Positions 11,126 to 25,152 of a DNA stretch of 64,000 nucleotides are shown here, piece by piece; position 1 is the first letter of the stretch, and every line of letters begins with the position of its first letter. Where the stretch lies: positions 32,674,001 to 32,738,000 of the forward strand of contig NC_042998.1 in NCBI RefSeq assembly GCF_006345805.1, given 5' to 3'. Position numbers and translations under genes: made by a program. Under the pieces are notes generated by a model. It made no database searches. It saw nothing but the letters and a program-made list of their open reading frames with translations, and was not told the origin of the DNA. The stretch comes from Octopus sinensis (taxonomy: Eukaryota).

Positions 11126-13282
11126 GGAGCTATATATTTCTGTATTTTGCATGCGAAGAAAATATGTTAATAACATTTCTGTAAAAACTTGTTGAAGTAT
11201 TTTAAAAAGTTTAGTGATTACAAAGATCTCTTAACTGATGAAGTAAAATTTCATATCCAAAAATTAACTCAATTTACAATACCAACAGCTTAATACTTGA
11301 CTTAGTATATATCAAAATGACTATAATTTCTTCATGTTTCTCCTTCATCCCTTGCTTCGCATAATCCTTATTTTCTTCACTATCAAAACCGTACTTCTTA
11401 ATCATCATTGTACAAGATGATCGTGGACTTGAGCCAGCCAATGGGTGTTAAGAAAAATACTTTATGACTGGTAGTTCAGTCCACCAAGTCCAGCTCATAT
11501 ACCATTTAAGAGGTTTCTGTCCAGAAGAGTAGATAAAGCTAAATGGGAAAATGGAAAGGCTAACAGCAGGTCATGGCCATTGCCGTTCTAAAGGCACCAC
11601 CAATAGCGGTTGCAGAAACATTGGAAGAGTTCACTTTGTCATTGATTCTAAGAATTAACCAAGAAGATGAAGAAATGATTCTGTCTCTGATCCTATCTAG
11701 ACATACCTATTTCTTTACTACCCACAAGGGGCTAAACACAGAGAGGACAAACAAGGACAGACAAATGGATTAAGTCGATTATATTAACCCCAGGGCGTAA
11801 CTGGTACTTATTTAATCGACCCCAAAAGGATGAAAGGCAAAGAAAACCTCGGTGGAATTTGAACTCAGAACGTAGCGGCAGATGAAATACCGCTAAGCAT
11901 TTCGCCCGGTGTGCTAACGTTTCTGCCAGCTCGCCGCCTTCCCAACTACACATACCACCCCAATAGTAATAGTGACAGCAATTGGAGCAGCATCAGCAGC
12001 AGCAGTAGTAGTAGTAGTAGTAGCAGCAGCAGCTACAATATCAATTTCTTCTGTCTGCACTAGACATGTTTTATTCTGCACCGTAAGCTGCAAAAATTTA
12101 TAGTAGTGTGCCCTTCAATGACACTGTTATTACTGATTTTGAGCCCTTTAATTACTGAAACCACAGTGACCCTAAAATGCTGGTTTTCCCTTTTGTGTTC
12201 ACTCACTGGGGCTATATCTAAAAACAAACAATTTTTTGCTTTTCCCTCACAGACACAGTTTATAACATCAAACATAGCGGCATGTTTGCTAGTCAGTCAT
12301 CAAGTGAGTGAGATGGGAACTGATTCCAGCAGCCAAAATGGTTTTTTCCAGTCAAAGTTTCCCCTTTGTTGCTTTCATAAATGAAGAATTCCTCTTTTAT
12401 AATTCAACAAACAACTCTGCTCTGATGAGTTGAAGCAACAACAATAACAATTACAACATCGGTTTCTCTTGTAACAGAAGGAGACGTCAGCTGAACAACG
12501 GACAATGCGGATTCGTTTGTCTCCGTAGCAAAAATACATTTCTGTTCGCAGAAGATGAAAGGAGAATGTCAACATTTCTATTGATGCCACAAATATAGCA
12601 AAGACAGCAATGCAATCATCATCATCATCATTATCAGCAGCAGCCATAACAGAATGCGACAAAACTGGCCCTTTGAAATGCAGGTACAGTTCATTTTTGC
12701 CAGCTGAGTAGACTGGAGCCACGTGAAGTAAAGTGTCTTGCTCAAGGACACAACACATCACGAGGAATTGAACTCATAACCTTATAACCACTGAGCCCTG
12801 TGCCTTCACACACACACACACACACATCTTCACTCGCATACATAGACACACATTGATGTATCATATGTACTATTCATACCGGTGCATATGATACATAAAT
12901 AAATTAAGATTTGTTGAATTTACTCCATAATCTATACTTATTTTACACACATCCAGTATCATATCATAAAATATTTTTTTAAGCATCGATAATGCTAGCA
13001 AATCATATTTTTTTATATTTCTACAAAAATCGTAATTGGCATTTTGGCAGTTTGAGGTAGTTGATATCTCACACTTATAATTTACTTAGCCATAATTTAA
13101 ATAAGAAAAATATAAAATAAAAATCTATGAAATACTGGATGATGTTCACACTGCAGGCAGTTTGCATTTTTCTTTTTTTGTGAGAAAACAAGCTAAAAAT
13201 TTGGCCAGTGGCAATCTACAGCCATTATAGTGAAAAAATAACAATTTGGCAGAGTAAATCTACTAATCTCACTCCTACTTCA

Positions 13283-13353
13283 GCGACTACTACTACCACC
13301 ACCACCACCACCACTATTACTATTACTACTACTACTACCACCACCACCATCAA

Positions 13354-13387
<34 letters not shown>

Positions 13388-13550
13388 GCTACTACTACTA
13401 CTACTACTATTATTACTACTACTACTTCTACCACTATTATTATTACTACCGCTATTTCTACTACTTCTACCACCACCATCACTACTACTACTACTACTAC
13501 CACTACTACTATTACTACTACTACCACTACTACTACTACTACTACTACTG
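13283..13550. repeat. Compound (ACT)n/(ACC)n/(ATT)n microsatellite
   Basis: Direct reading. It explains the poly-Thr/Val/Ser ORFs. Confidence 0.95.
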
Positions 13551-13811
13551 ATAATCTCAATAATAATGATTTCAAATTTTGCCACAAGGGCATCAATTTG
13601 GTGGGAGGTGGTGATGGTCCTTATTTTATCGACTCCGAAAGAATGAAAGAAAAAATAAAATCAACGTTGGTGGAATTTGAACTCAGAATGTTAAAACAGA
13701 TGAAATGCTACTAAGCATTTAGCCCAGCATGCTAATGTTTCTGCTAATGTTGATGTCCTGTACCCATATATGCATGTATATATACATAGAGATGTAGGTA
13801 TCTATATATAT

Positions 13812-14040
13812 ATTCAAACACATAAGAGATACCCAAAGAATAGGATATCTGACTCACTAGAAAGAGCAGTTAAACTCCAAGCCACAAATTATTGTAATTC
13901 TGAAAGTGATTGAGAAATAAAAACTTTTATTTTATTTTTCAATCACTTTCAGAATTACAATAATTAGTGGCTTGGAGTTTAACTGCTCTTTCTAGTGAGT
14001 CAGATATCCTATTCTTTGGGTATCTCTTTTGTGTTTGAAT
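13812..14040. repeat. Near-perfect ~110-bp-arm inverted repeat
   Basis: Arms 13812-13923 and 13929-14040, with about 3 mismatches seen by eye. Confidence 0.9.
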
Positions 14041-14240
14041 GTACACTATATTCTTCTCTGAATAATGTATAGTCTATTGACTAATTTTTTCCTTCTCGCT
14101 AAACCACAGGTAGCTAAGAATTTTTTTGATAAATATTCTTACTACCCTAAGATTTTAATTGTATGTATATATATATGCATATATTTAGATATTATTTATA
14201 TTATATGATCAAACGCCACGCATCCTTTTCCAAGTAAGTA

Positions 14241-14279
<39 letters not shown>

Positions 14280-15058
14280 AAAAAAGTCAAGATAGAAAAT
14301 GCTAAAATAATTTTCATCATCATCATCATCATCATCGTTTAGCGTCCGTTTTCCATGCTAGCATGGGTTTTATAAAAAACATTTCAGTACCAGTTTCAGT
14401 CATTGAGACTTTTTCAACTGTAACAATTAAACAATTAAATTTAGAAAAATTAGAAGAAAATTTGTTTTTAAAGAATATTTGTATAGTGTTCATATACAAG
14501 TGGCATTTTCCTTGTTTCTGACTGTCTCTGTCACTTTTGTTTACTCTTGTGGGTTCAAGGTCATTGTGCTTCCTTCTTTCCTGAGCGTCCAATAATACTA
14601 TATTTGTTCCACGTCCTCGCGTTGTTGTGTTTTTTTTGTGCTTTCTTGTTTGGATTAACTTATATATATATATATATATATATATATAGCTGTAAGGAGT
14701 GATTTCAGTAATTTATATTATGATTTTTATAATTGTATTCTTATCTTATATGTATTGAATTATAATGTATATATGAATGCTATTAAGATTCTCATTTTTG
14801 TTAAATGAATAAATAATTCAACATTCTAATATCTAAAAGTTGATGAACAAATTAAATTGTTTCTCCATTTTCTTATTTGTATTATAAATTAATGGTAAAA
14901 TATTTCTTTACCTTCACTCATTTAATACAATAAATAAGTTAATTGCATTGCAATTAAAAACATTTGTGTATTAATAATTTGGGTATTATACTAACAGTTT
15001 ATTGGATAAATATTATCCCTTAGTGGGTTGGATCCATAACCCCTAACTTACTTGGTGG

Positions 15059-15104
<46 letters not shown>

Positions 15105-15465
15105 TTGTTTTGCAAGATTCTTGATGTGAAATCATGTATTGAAACAGAATGGTCATTTTGCCAGTTTAGCCAATAAAAACACACACACTATATATTTGGT
15201 GTTAATTTGCTTCAGTGTTATTCATTTTTTACATTAATCTTATTTCGATCAGAGTTCTTTTGTCACACTTCTTTGACCTCATCAGTGGTCCTTTGCTTTC
15301 TTCTTTCTTATTTGTGTGTCTTTCTGTACTAACGGTCAGCCATTTTGTATTTTGTATTCCTAGTGTATGTATCTTCATTTGCGCATGCATATACCTCTAT
15401 GTGTGTCTATGTTTAGCTAGTGTATATTTTTATTGGCTAAACTGGCAGAATGACCATTCCTGAAT

Positions 15466-15514
<49 letters not shown>

Positions 15515-17269
15515 TTGGGCTTCTTTTGGTTTCCTTCTACCAAGCCCACTCACAGAGTTTTGGTTGCCCAAGGTTATAGTAGAAGACACTTGTCCAAGGT
15601 GCCATACAGTGGAACTGAACCCAAAACCATGTTGTTGGGGAGCAAACTTCTTACCACACAGCCTATACACACACACACACACACACACAAATACGCATAT
15701 ATAATAATACACAGGCCAGAAACTTTTATTAGAGTCGAGAATTACAAGTTGCAATGTTTTTCTCCTTTGCAATGTTAAATGTTCTATAGTGTTATATTTC
15801 ATGTGCTTTATCATGATTATTTCGTATATTGTTTAAACAATAATCTTTACAAAAAACAAACACCACTATACAGTAACATTTTAGCATTGTTCATTTATTT
15901 CAAAAGGTTTCATTTAAATTCCTATTTTCCTAACACTGCCATTAGCTCAGATATAAAAGCTTTGTTTATTTCAATTATGGGAGAGACCTTATTTCCACAT
16001 GACCATTAAACTTAAATAAATGATTGGTCTTTATCTTATAAGTTATGATTGTTTACAAACTAATAGCAAATTATCAAAACTTGTTCAGTATTTCCTCTCA
16101 ATTTTAGAGCTAAAAGGTTTTCAAATCACGATCTTATCAGAAATAGTGATACAACTATCATTTTTAGAATGCATAATAATGAGATTTCCTGTAATTATAT
16201 TTACATATATGTACATTTTTAATTGTATATTTATCTTTATCTTTTATTCAGACAATAAAATACATTTTCAAAATCTCAACCGTTTTGAGGAAGATTTTAT
16301 ATTAGATGAACAAAAAATATTTGATATATTCAAGTGCAATTGTGTCTATGTGGTGAGAAGCGTGCTTCCGAATTACATGGTTCTCAGTTCAGTCCCAATG
16401 CATGGCACCTTGAATAAGTGCCTTCTACTAAAGCCATACATCAATCAAAGATTTGTGAATGGATAGGGTGGATGGAAAGTGAAAAGAAACCCGTATCTGG
16501 ATATATTTATGATAGATCGTTAGCCACTACACACATTTTTTTCTCTCCTTGTTTTTTCTGTGTCCCTTTCTGTAGAAGAGTATAGGCTCGAAACATAAAA
16601 GACTTTTTCTATTCCTGAGTGTTATACTAATACATCTGTTTGTTTTGTACACCACCTGTCTTCGTCTTTTGTTTTTTTTTTGTAAACTCTCCCTATATTT
16701 ATGTGTATCTTTGAGTCTGTGTTTGTCTTCCCCACCTGTTTGGTAACCCGTGTTGGTTTGTTTACATCTCCATAACTTAGCTTTTCTTAGAGACTGATTG
16801 AATAAGTACCAGATTGCAGTTGATGTATTTGACTATATCCTTCAAGACATTGCTCCAGCTTGACTGCAGTCCAATGATTGAAATACAACCTCCAATAATG
16901 CAAATATGCTTCAACACATGAACTCACATAAAGAATCTTGCAAACCAAATCCAAAATCAAAGTGATAATTTCCAATAATGCAAATAGTCCAAGAGACATT
17001 CCCATCCTAGTTTCTTCTTGATTGATGGCTATTTTCATCATTTTGAAGTTTATTTAGAAAAACCATCAGCAAATTATTGTTAAATATCCCAAGGATTCAG
17101 AAAAAACAGTAAAAAATATCTCGGACTAAAACACTTGAAATTGTGAATATGAAGATGAGAACACAACATTGTGTTAATTGAAAGCAGATATAACCAAAAG
17201 ATTTTATTTCCTCTTTATCTCCTTTGTATTCCAAACATAGATCTAATATCTGTAGAGATAACCATAGAA

Positions 17270-17880
17270 ATCTAATTGCTTTTGGGATATTCTGGTTCAA
17301 AAGTATATGTATGGTGATCAGTCTGTCCAGACATCTTGCTTTCATCAACATTTTACAAGAAAGTAGAAGCCTCAGGCAATATATATAATCTTAGATTAAA
17401 TGGAGGTCAGTTTTTAATCATTAATAATGTCGAGTGTTTTTAGTATATATATATATATATTTTTTTTTTATTAGTTTTAGTGCTGGCCAATATTCTGGAA
17501 AAATGTGAAATCCAAGAACATTACACAAATGAAATAGTCCGGCACACCTTAAATACATCTGAAATGTTTGTGGTCGAGGGATAACATTTTGAAGCTTTGC
17601 AACCAGGAACATGAAAATTAATCATTTGAGGATATATCAGAAATAAGATCTTTCACATTCATTGAAGCATAGGATCTCCAATATGATGGCATTTTGCAAT
17701 CTATCATTTTAAACATATCCTATGAATGACTCTGATCATCCATACCAGAAAACCACTTATATCGAACCAATAATTTATGGGGTAATAATGGAACAAATAT
17801 CTCTTACTGTTCAGGAACTTATTGCATGGTTTTGAATAAGGAACGATATCACTAATGATATTAATGGGTGTTCTATTAAT
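17270..17880 (+). pseudogene. Possible decayed L1/Tx1-type AP endonuclease fragment
   Basis: Frames give NLIAFGIF (cf. LIxGGDFN) and HPYQKTTYI...ELIAWF*IRNDITNDINGCSI (cf. P....YT....RIDYF.IS..l...v..csI). Many stops. Confidence 0.3.
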
Positions 17881-18317
17881 TTGTGTTGCTTGGAAAATTC
17901 ATTGGCAAAAGTACATATGAATCTTGTTTTCATTCAATTTTTTCGGTATTTGAAAATTAGTGAGAAGGTTTTTATCTCTTCTTCTACTAAAGAAAACCTT
18001 CATTATTGCCTTATTTTCACTTACCTTGACCATACTGTATTACTTTAGCTATATAAGCAGAGATGTGGCCGTGTATTAAAGATATTTGCATCCCAACCAC
18101 ATGGCCCCTAGTTCACTCCCACTATGAGGCACATGGGACAAATGTCTTCTATAACCTTAGGCATTCTGAATGGATTTTGTAGATGGAAACTGAAAGAAAC
18201 CCGTTGTATATTATACTATTATTAAAGCTGAAAAAAATCTTCACAAACTGTTACTCAGAGTTTCACGTTACCATTTATCACACAGTTGTGATCATACCGT
18301 GTGTGTGTGTGTGTGTG

Positions 18318-18357
<40 letters not shown>

Positions 18358-18411
18358 TACACAGATATATATATATATATATATAATATATATATATACA
18401 CATATATACAC

Positions 18412-18452
<41 letters not shown>

Positions 18453-19671
18453 AATAATAATAATTTATCATTCTTTTTATACTTTTAGTGAAAAAAAATT
18501 TTTATTTTATATATATATATTATATTAATTATATTTATATTTTATGTATTGGTTTATGTCTATCACTGTTTGAGTTGCCTAGAAGTGGTTTTATCTCTAA
18601 TTCATATTTTATATATATATATATATATATACATACATAAGTGGTAATTTCTGTCTGTGGTTGTGTATGTTTGTGAATTTGTTACATTATCTCCTCTGAG
18701 ACTGTCCAACCAATCTTCATGAAACTTGACACATGTGTAGGTCTTGTGCCTATGCGGTCACTTACACACTTGGAATTTTTTTTAAAAATCGATGATTTTT
18801 AACCACCATTGATCTTTCAAAAATCAATAGGACATTTTAATGCAAATTCTCATATGAATATTATTTTCTGCCATAACTTTTAAAGTTTTCAACTGATTTT
18901 CTTGAAATTTTATACACAGATGGAATATATACTAAGGATGGGTTGAAAGGGATAAATTTTTACCTGGGCCACTCAAGCAAAGCATAAGACTATTTTTGAT
19001 TACCTGATTAACGAAATATGGCCTAAATTGTTGTGGGGTTAAAATGTCCATCAATTATTTCAGCATTCTCAGGTTGCTGACAGAATTTTCTGCTGACAGA
19101 ATTTCATTTCTTTTATTCTCTATTTTGATGCTTTCAAAACTCAATGGGAAATTTAATTTTCGTTTCTCCATAACTTTATTCTGGTTGCTAAGATTGGAGC
19201 CTGGTGCAGCCTTCTGGCTTACCAGTCCTCAGTCAAACTGCCCAACCCATGCCAGCATGGAAAGCAGACGTTAAACAACAATGATGATGATGATGATGAA
19301 GGTAAAATAAATAAGCAATTCATTTCACAGAGTAATCTGAATGCTAAACGGTTAAAGAATGTCTTTAAATTTAGTTGATTCCATTTTCTTTTTCTTTCTT
19401 TCAGCATCTTAAAATCCATCTTTATTTTTATCATTAGTAAAACCATCTGAAGTGGTCTTTCATCTGCATAGCTCTCATCGCTTCATTACTCAAAGTTGTT
19501 TTTTTGTTTTACAAAGCAGGCAAATTTGGCATTGTGGTGTTAAGAAAACTCTAGTGTTAATTCAAGTAGCATTACGTGAAAGATATCTCCACTTTGGATT
19601 TTTGCACTGAAGAGCATTTTTATTCATATCAAAAGTTTGCTTAATTTACACAGTAAATGCACAGTAAATGC

Positions 19672-20068
19672 ACAGGCGTAGGAGTGGCTGTGTGGTAAGT
19701 AGCTTGTTTACCAACCACATGGTTCCGGGTTCAGTCCCACTGCGTGGCACCTTGGGCAAGTGTCTTCTACTATAGCCTCGGGCCGACCAAAACCTTGTGA
19801 GTGGACGGAAACTGAAAGAAGCCCGTCGTATATATGTATGTATATATATATATATGTATGTGTTTGTGTGTCTGTGTTTGTCCCCTTAGCATTGCTTGAC
19901 AACTGATGCTGGTGTGTTTATGTCCCTGTCACTTAGCGGTTCGGCAAAAGAGACCGATAGAATAAGTACTGGGCTTACAAAGAATAAGTCCTGGGGTCGA
20001 GTTGCTCGATTAAAGGCGGTGCTCCAGCATGACCGCAGTCAAATGACTGAAACAAGTAAAAGAGAGAG
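19672..20068 (+). mobile_element. tRNA-derived CORE-type SINE (S1), full length
   Basis: Head GGAGTGGCTGTGTGGTAAG...GGGTTCAGTCCC, CORE-like ACCTTGGGCAAGTGTCTT, internal (TA)/(TG) tract and tail AAATGACTGAAACAAGTAAAAGAG. Confidence 0.8.
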
Positions 20069-21298
20069 AAAGCTATGGCCTTCCTCAAATCTCTCCAATA
20101 GCTATGTTGGCTGAGCATTTACTGGTTGTCGCTAGACTATTTGATCCTAACTGGCAACATAGCAGAGAAAATAATATTCAGCTTAGCATTGTCACAATCC
20201 AGATATGCACTGCATTCTAGAAAACACTACAGCAGCATTTATGAAGAATAATATATTTACTTCATTAAGGCAGCAAGTTGGCAGCAATGTCACCATGATG
20301 GGTGAAATGCTTAGCAGTATTTCGTCTGTCTTTACGTTCTGAGTTCAAATTCCGCCGAGGTCGACTTTGCCTTTCATCCTTTTGGGGTCAATAAATTAAG
20401 TACCAGTTGCATACTGGGGTCGATATAATCGACCGGTACCCTCCCAAAAAATTTCGTAGAAAGAAAAAAAAATATATATATATATTTACTGCATTTAGCG
20501 GGTATCAGAAAAATAAGGAAAACATACTGATTAAAATTATAAACCACAGCTAAATATCCTTTAGAAATAAGAAAAAGCAGTATAAAGAAGAGAAAAAACA
20601 CCCAATTTCAACACAAAAAAAACAATAAAATTTTAGTAACAATCTTCCACCTGGGTTTCGAAACTGCAGCTCCAAATCACCACACAAACACAAGATACTG
20701 ATGTCACCCACCTCCAGTCCAATGAAATTCCACAAATACCAGTTGCTGACGTCACATAATTCCAAACCAATCAAAACTGAACTTCAGGGAATACAAGGAA
20801 AAGACCCTTTCAGAGAACCAACCAACCGGAACGACCTATAACTGTATCCACAAGAAAACCAACCAAGCAGAACGACAAGCTTGACCACAGAATCAAAATC
20901 AGAAAAAAATTTATAAATACATCTTTCCCTAGACATACCATTACAAGTGAAAGCGGCTGTTTAAAGAAGATCTGAGAAACTGTAAACCAAATTCCCTTTT
21001 TTTACTATCTTAATTCTCAGACTTGTTTTTTTCAGTATGACTTGTCGATCACCACTGAAATTAATGAACCTTGTACATTCTAAGAAATTAATATACAGTT
21101 TTAATTTCAAACTTGCACCTGTTTTGAACATGATAATTTATCAACATTGAAACTTATAATGATGTTTTTCTAATTTTACACTTTTACCATTGATAAACAA
21201 AAAATATTGTTGAAACTAGTTTAGTATATATGTAAATAAATGTATTTTAAACATTTACGAGCTTTTGAAATTTAAGTGTATTTTCAACAATACATTTT

Positions 21299-21333
<35 letters not shown>

Positions 21334-21436
21334 ATAAAAACAGCAAGATAACAAAAGAAAGAAAGAGACCTCGATATTATGTAAATAGAGGAAATTATCT
21401 GTAAATGTAACAAGTGACAATTATTTGGTAGCCAAG

Positions 21437-21495
21437 ATAAAACTCCGAGTTTCGGATGCTGAGGTGGAAATTCACACCGCCATCTCTTCAGTTAT
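21437..21495 (-). ncRNA. Type-I HHR motif (family D)
   Basis: Minus strand ATAA-CTGAAGA-GATG...CATC-C-GAA-ACTC-g-GAGT-T-TTAT. Confidence 0.6.
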
Positions 21496-22629
21496 TCATT
21501 TGTCTTGCTCGCTTTATGTTCTGGCTTTTGCCAAATTTTCTTAGTGGTCATTCTCTTATATGTATGTAATATAATTTACTGAATCTTTAGATTTTTTTTT
21601 CGATATGCTAGGCCACTGGTTTAAATTGATATTAATCTAAGCAATATCAATTTTTACCCTCATTACTTAAATTTATATATATATATATATATATATCGAT
21701 AAGAAAGTTAGTAGAAATATGTTACGAAAAGAAAATATAAAATACACGTGGAAATGTGAGGGTAAAATATGAAAAATCAACGAAAATGCACATTGCAAAT
21801 AAAAAAAGGCTATTTATGACAAGTAACGACAAATATATACATTTAGATTGACTGAGGTAGTAATACGAGTCATAAAAGTCATTATTATGAGATGATTATA
21901 AGATGATAATAAAGAGAGAGAACAAAACAGACCATGGTTACGCAAAGCTATTCATCGTTTTGATGAATGTATGTATATATATATATATACATACATACAT
22001 ATGCACACACACACACACACACACACACCATGTAATTTCAACTATACTACATTTCACACCCTCCCAAAAATCGCATCTTGTCAAAAGAGATCAATATCCC
22101 GAAAAGCAGAAACCTTCAGTTACGTAACAACACAGTGATTTTTCTCATCAAATAAAAGTCAAGATTCAGGATGGGATGCTTAATTCAATTTGATAAAGCT
22201 TTCCATAAAATCCCCATTACATATCCAGACATCCCACTGATTACATTTCTTTCCAGTTGTCCTCATTAATCTATTTCCTTTCTATCACTTCTCTCACAAT
22301 TGATAAGTGGATATACTTTGTCTACAGCATGTGAAGTCACTATCTGTATTCCAACCACACATTAAAAATGCCTCTGCTATTACTTGCTTTGTCTCTAGTA
22401 CTAATTGTATAATCTAATACAGCCAGTGTTTCACTAAACTAGCCGTTAGTTATTGAATGGGAAAAATTTCCTGTCAAATTCATGCATTTATTTTGCTAAC
22501 CGTTGTATGAAGAGAGAGTTTCCAGTTATGTATTATTGTAACTATTATTTAAGAATTCATTAAAAAAAGTTGATTTTCAAAATTTAAATTAGTTTTCACT
22601 TATTTTTGATCTTGCAGGTCATTTTTACC

Positions 22630-23195
22630 TTAGTTGTGATACCTGTGCCGGTGACACGTAGGGCCTCACAAAGGAAATGACGAAAACCGAGACCTGAGAT
22701 ATGCTGTGACTGTGAAGACCTGACAAATGAAGTGAGTTCATGGCTCGCAGGATGGCCTGCTGTGCTAACCTTGGATCATAGAATGACCCGCTGTTCTTGA
22801 GGAGACCTATTGAGTCAAGTACGTTAACACCAACACCAAAATGAAAATCAAATAGAAATTGTAGTTAAGATACCCGTGCTGGTGACATGTTAAAAGCACT
22901 GTCCGAACGTGGCAGATGCCAGCGTTGCCTGACTGGTGTCTGTGTCGGTGACACGTAAAAAGCACCAACCGATCGTGGCCATTTGCCAATCTCCTCTGGC
23001 CCCTGTGCCGGTGGCATGTAAAAAGCACCCACTACATTCTCGCAGTGGTTGGCATTAGGAAGGGCATCCAGCTGTAGAAACAGAAAACACTGCCAGATCA
23101 GACTGGAGCCTGGTGCAGCCTCCTGGCTTCCCAGACCCCAGTCGAACAGTCCAACCCATGCTAGCATGGAAGACGGACAGTAAGTGATGATGATG
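22630..23195 (+). mobile_element. RTE-tailed SINE-like element S3, long copy
   Basis: GTGGTTGGCATTAGGAAGGGCATCCAGCTGTAGAAAC...CCAACCCATGCTAGCATGGAA...(GAT)n tail, preceded by 3 internal ~66-bp units and a GC-richer 5' region. Confidence 0.7.
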
Positions 23196-24217
23196 ATGAG
23201 ATTTCATTTTGTCTTTTTACCCATTAACAGTCAAACTGATCACATCAGGCCAAAATATTTTAACTGTTTTATGTAGAAATACTAATCCGAAAATGCTATT
23301 CTAAAGCTAAACGAGCAGATCATTGAAATCCTGAGGCTACAAGATAATGCTTGATAAACTCAAAGTAATATGAATATATAAGCATTGACAGAAAAATCTG
23401 AATGCTCAAGGGTTAAAGAGCTCTCAAAATATATGTTAGGGGTCCAGAAAGGTACACCTCACAGACTGGAATACATAAAGAGTTAAAAACAAATGAGATA
23501 AAATGGACGAACGTCAGAATCTGTTCATTTTATAAGCATATCCATCTTACCTTTAATCCTTGCAGTTACTATAATTAATTTCATTAAGGCAGCAAGGTGG
23601 CAGAAACGTTAGCACACCGGGCTAAATGCTTAGCGGTATTTTATCTGCTATTATGTTCAGAGTTCAAATTCTGCCGAGGTTGACTTTACCTTTCATCCTT
23701 TCGGGGTTGATAAATTAAGTACCAGTTACGCACTGGAGTCGATATAATCGGCTTAATCCGTTTGTCTGTCCTTGTTTGTCCCCTCTGTGTGTAGCCCCTT
23801 GTGGATAGTAAAGAAATAAGTTACTACAATTAATTTAATTGAGTTGAGTATATTCACCGGACAAAACGAGCTTTATAATTAGGTGTGGATTTGATTGATA
23901 ATCTGCTTTGACCAAGTGGGACCTGTAGCTTCATATTAACTGGAAAAGTGACATTTTCCTTCATAACCTTATCCAATTCCCAGGGCTATGTTCTCTTTTC
24001 AGGCTTAAACATTACTTTCCTCTGATTCAATAATATTTTACTTGAATTCATACTGATAATTTTTCTGATTAGGTAGCCTTTACTTTAGCTAAGAGGTTAT
24101 CCGACCAATGCTGTTTGGAGATTAAATGCCAGCAACAATTTCTTCCCATACATTGCATTTGGTGCAGCAAGCAAATTAAAACCAATTTTCTAACTACACT
24201 GTATATATATATATATT

Positions 24218-24278
<61 letters not shown>

Positions 24279-24322
24279 ATATATATGTAACTGGTATAAA
24301 TGTTCATATGAAATAATATGCA

Positions 24323-24381
<59 letters not shown>

Positions 24382-24690
24382 GCATGTCATAGAATACCAT
24401 AATAGAATTCAATTTAGACCAAGAGATGAAGCAATTCTATTGAGATTTAATTTGTATAGACATCTGCACTGTCATCAAAAGCGAACAAGAGATATTTCTT
24501 TTAAACTGAAGATGTAGCATCTACCTCCATTTACAGATGATTGCAATGAATACATGCCTGCATTTGCAAATATAAATATGTGTGTGTAACTACAGATATG
24601 CAAACAGAGTGTGATTAATGTTCCTTATGACAGCTAATTCTCTTGAGTCGAATTCTTAAAATCAACTAATAATGTCCTCACAATATTTAA

Positions 24691-24866
24691 CCCTTTAGCA
24701 TTTAAACTGACAGTGGCTGTGTGGTAAGTAGCTTGTTTACCAACCACTTGGTTCCGGGTTCAGTCCCACTGCATGGCACCTTGGGCAAGTGTCTTCTACT
24801 ATAGCCTCGGGCCAACCAAAGCCTTATGAGTGGATTTGGTAGACGGAAACTGAAAGAAGCCCGTCG

Positions 24867-24898
<32 letters not shown>

Positions 24899-25113
24899 CA
24901 TATATGTATATATTATATATATATACACACACATATATATAGGGGCGTAGGAGTGGCTTTGTGGTAAGTAGCTTGTTACCAACCACTTGGTTCCGGGTTC
25001 AGTTCCACTGCATGGCACCTTGGGCAAGCGTCTTCTACTATAGCCTCGGGCCGACCAAAGCCTTGTGAGTGGATTTGGTAGACGGAAACTGAAAGAAGCC
25101 CGTCGTATATATG

Positions 25114-25152
<39 letters not shown>

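Noticed and set aside
11300-11700. Faint non-LTR ORF-like words (LDRNLLNGI*AGLGGL) on the minus strand
   Set aside because: Too degraded to assign by eye. A translated profile search would be needed.
13208-13714. Poly-Thr / poly-Val / poly-Ser ORFs (mucin-like appearance)
   Set aside because: They are a trinucleotide microsatellite running into an S2 SINE, with no splice or domain evidence.
16250-16355. Possible exon DNKIHFQNLNRFEEDFILDEQKIFDIFK after TTTTATTCAG
   Set aside because: No recognisable homology, and the only nearby donor lies in a decayed SINE head.
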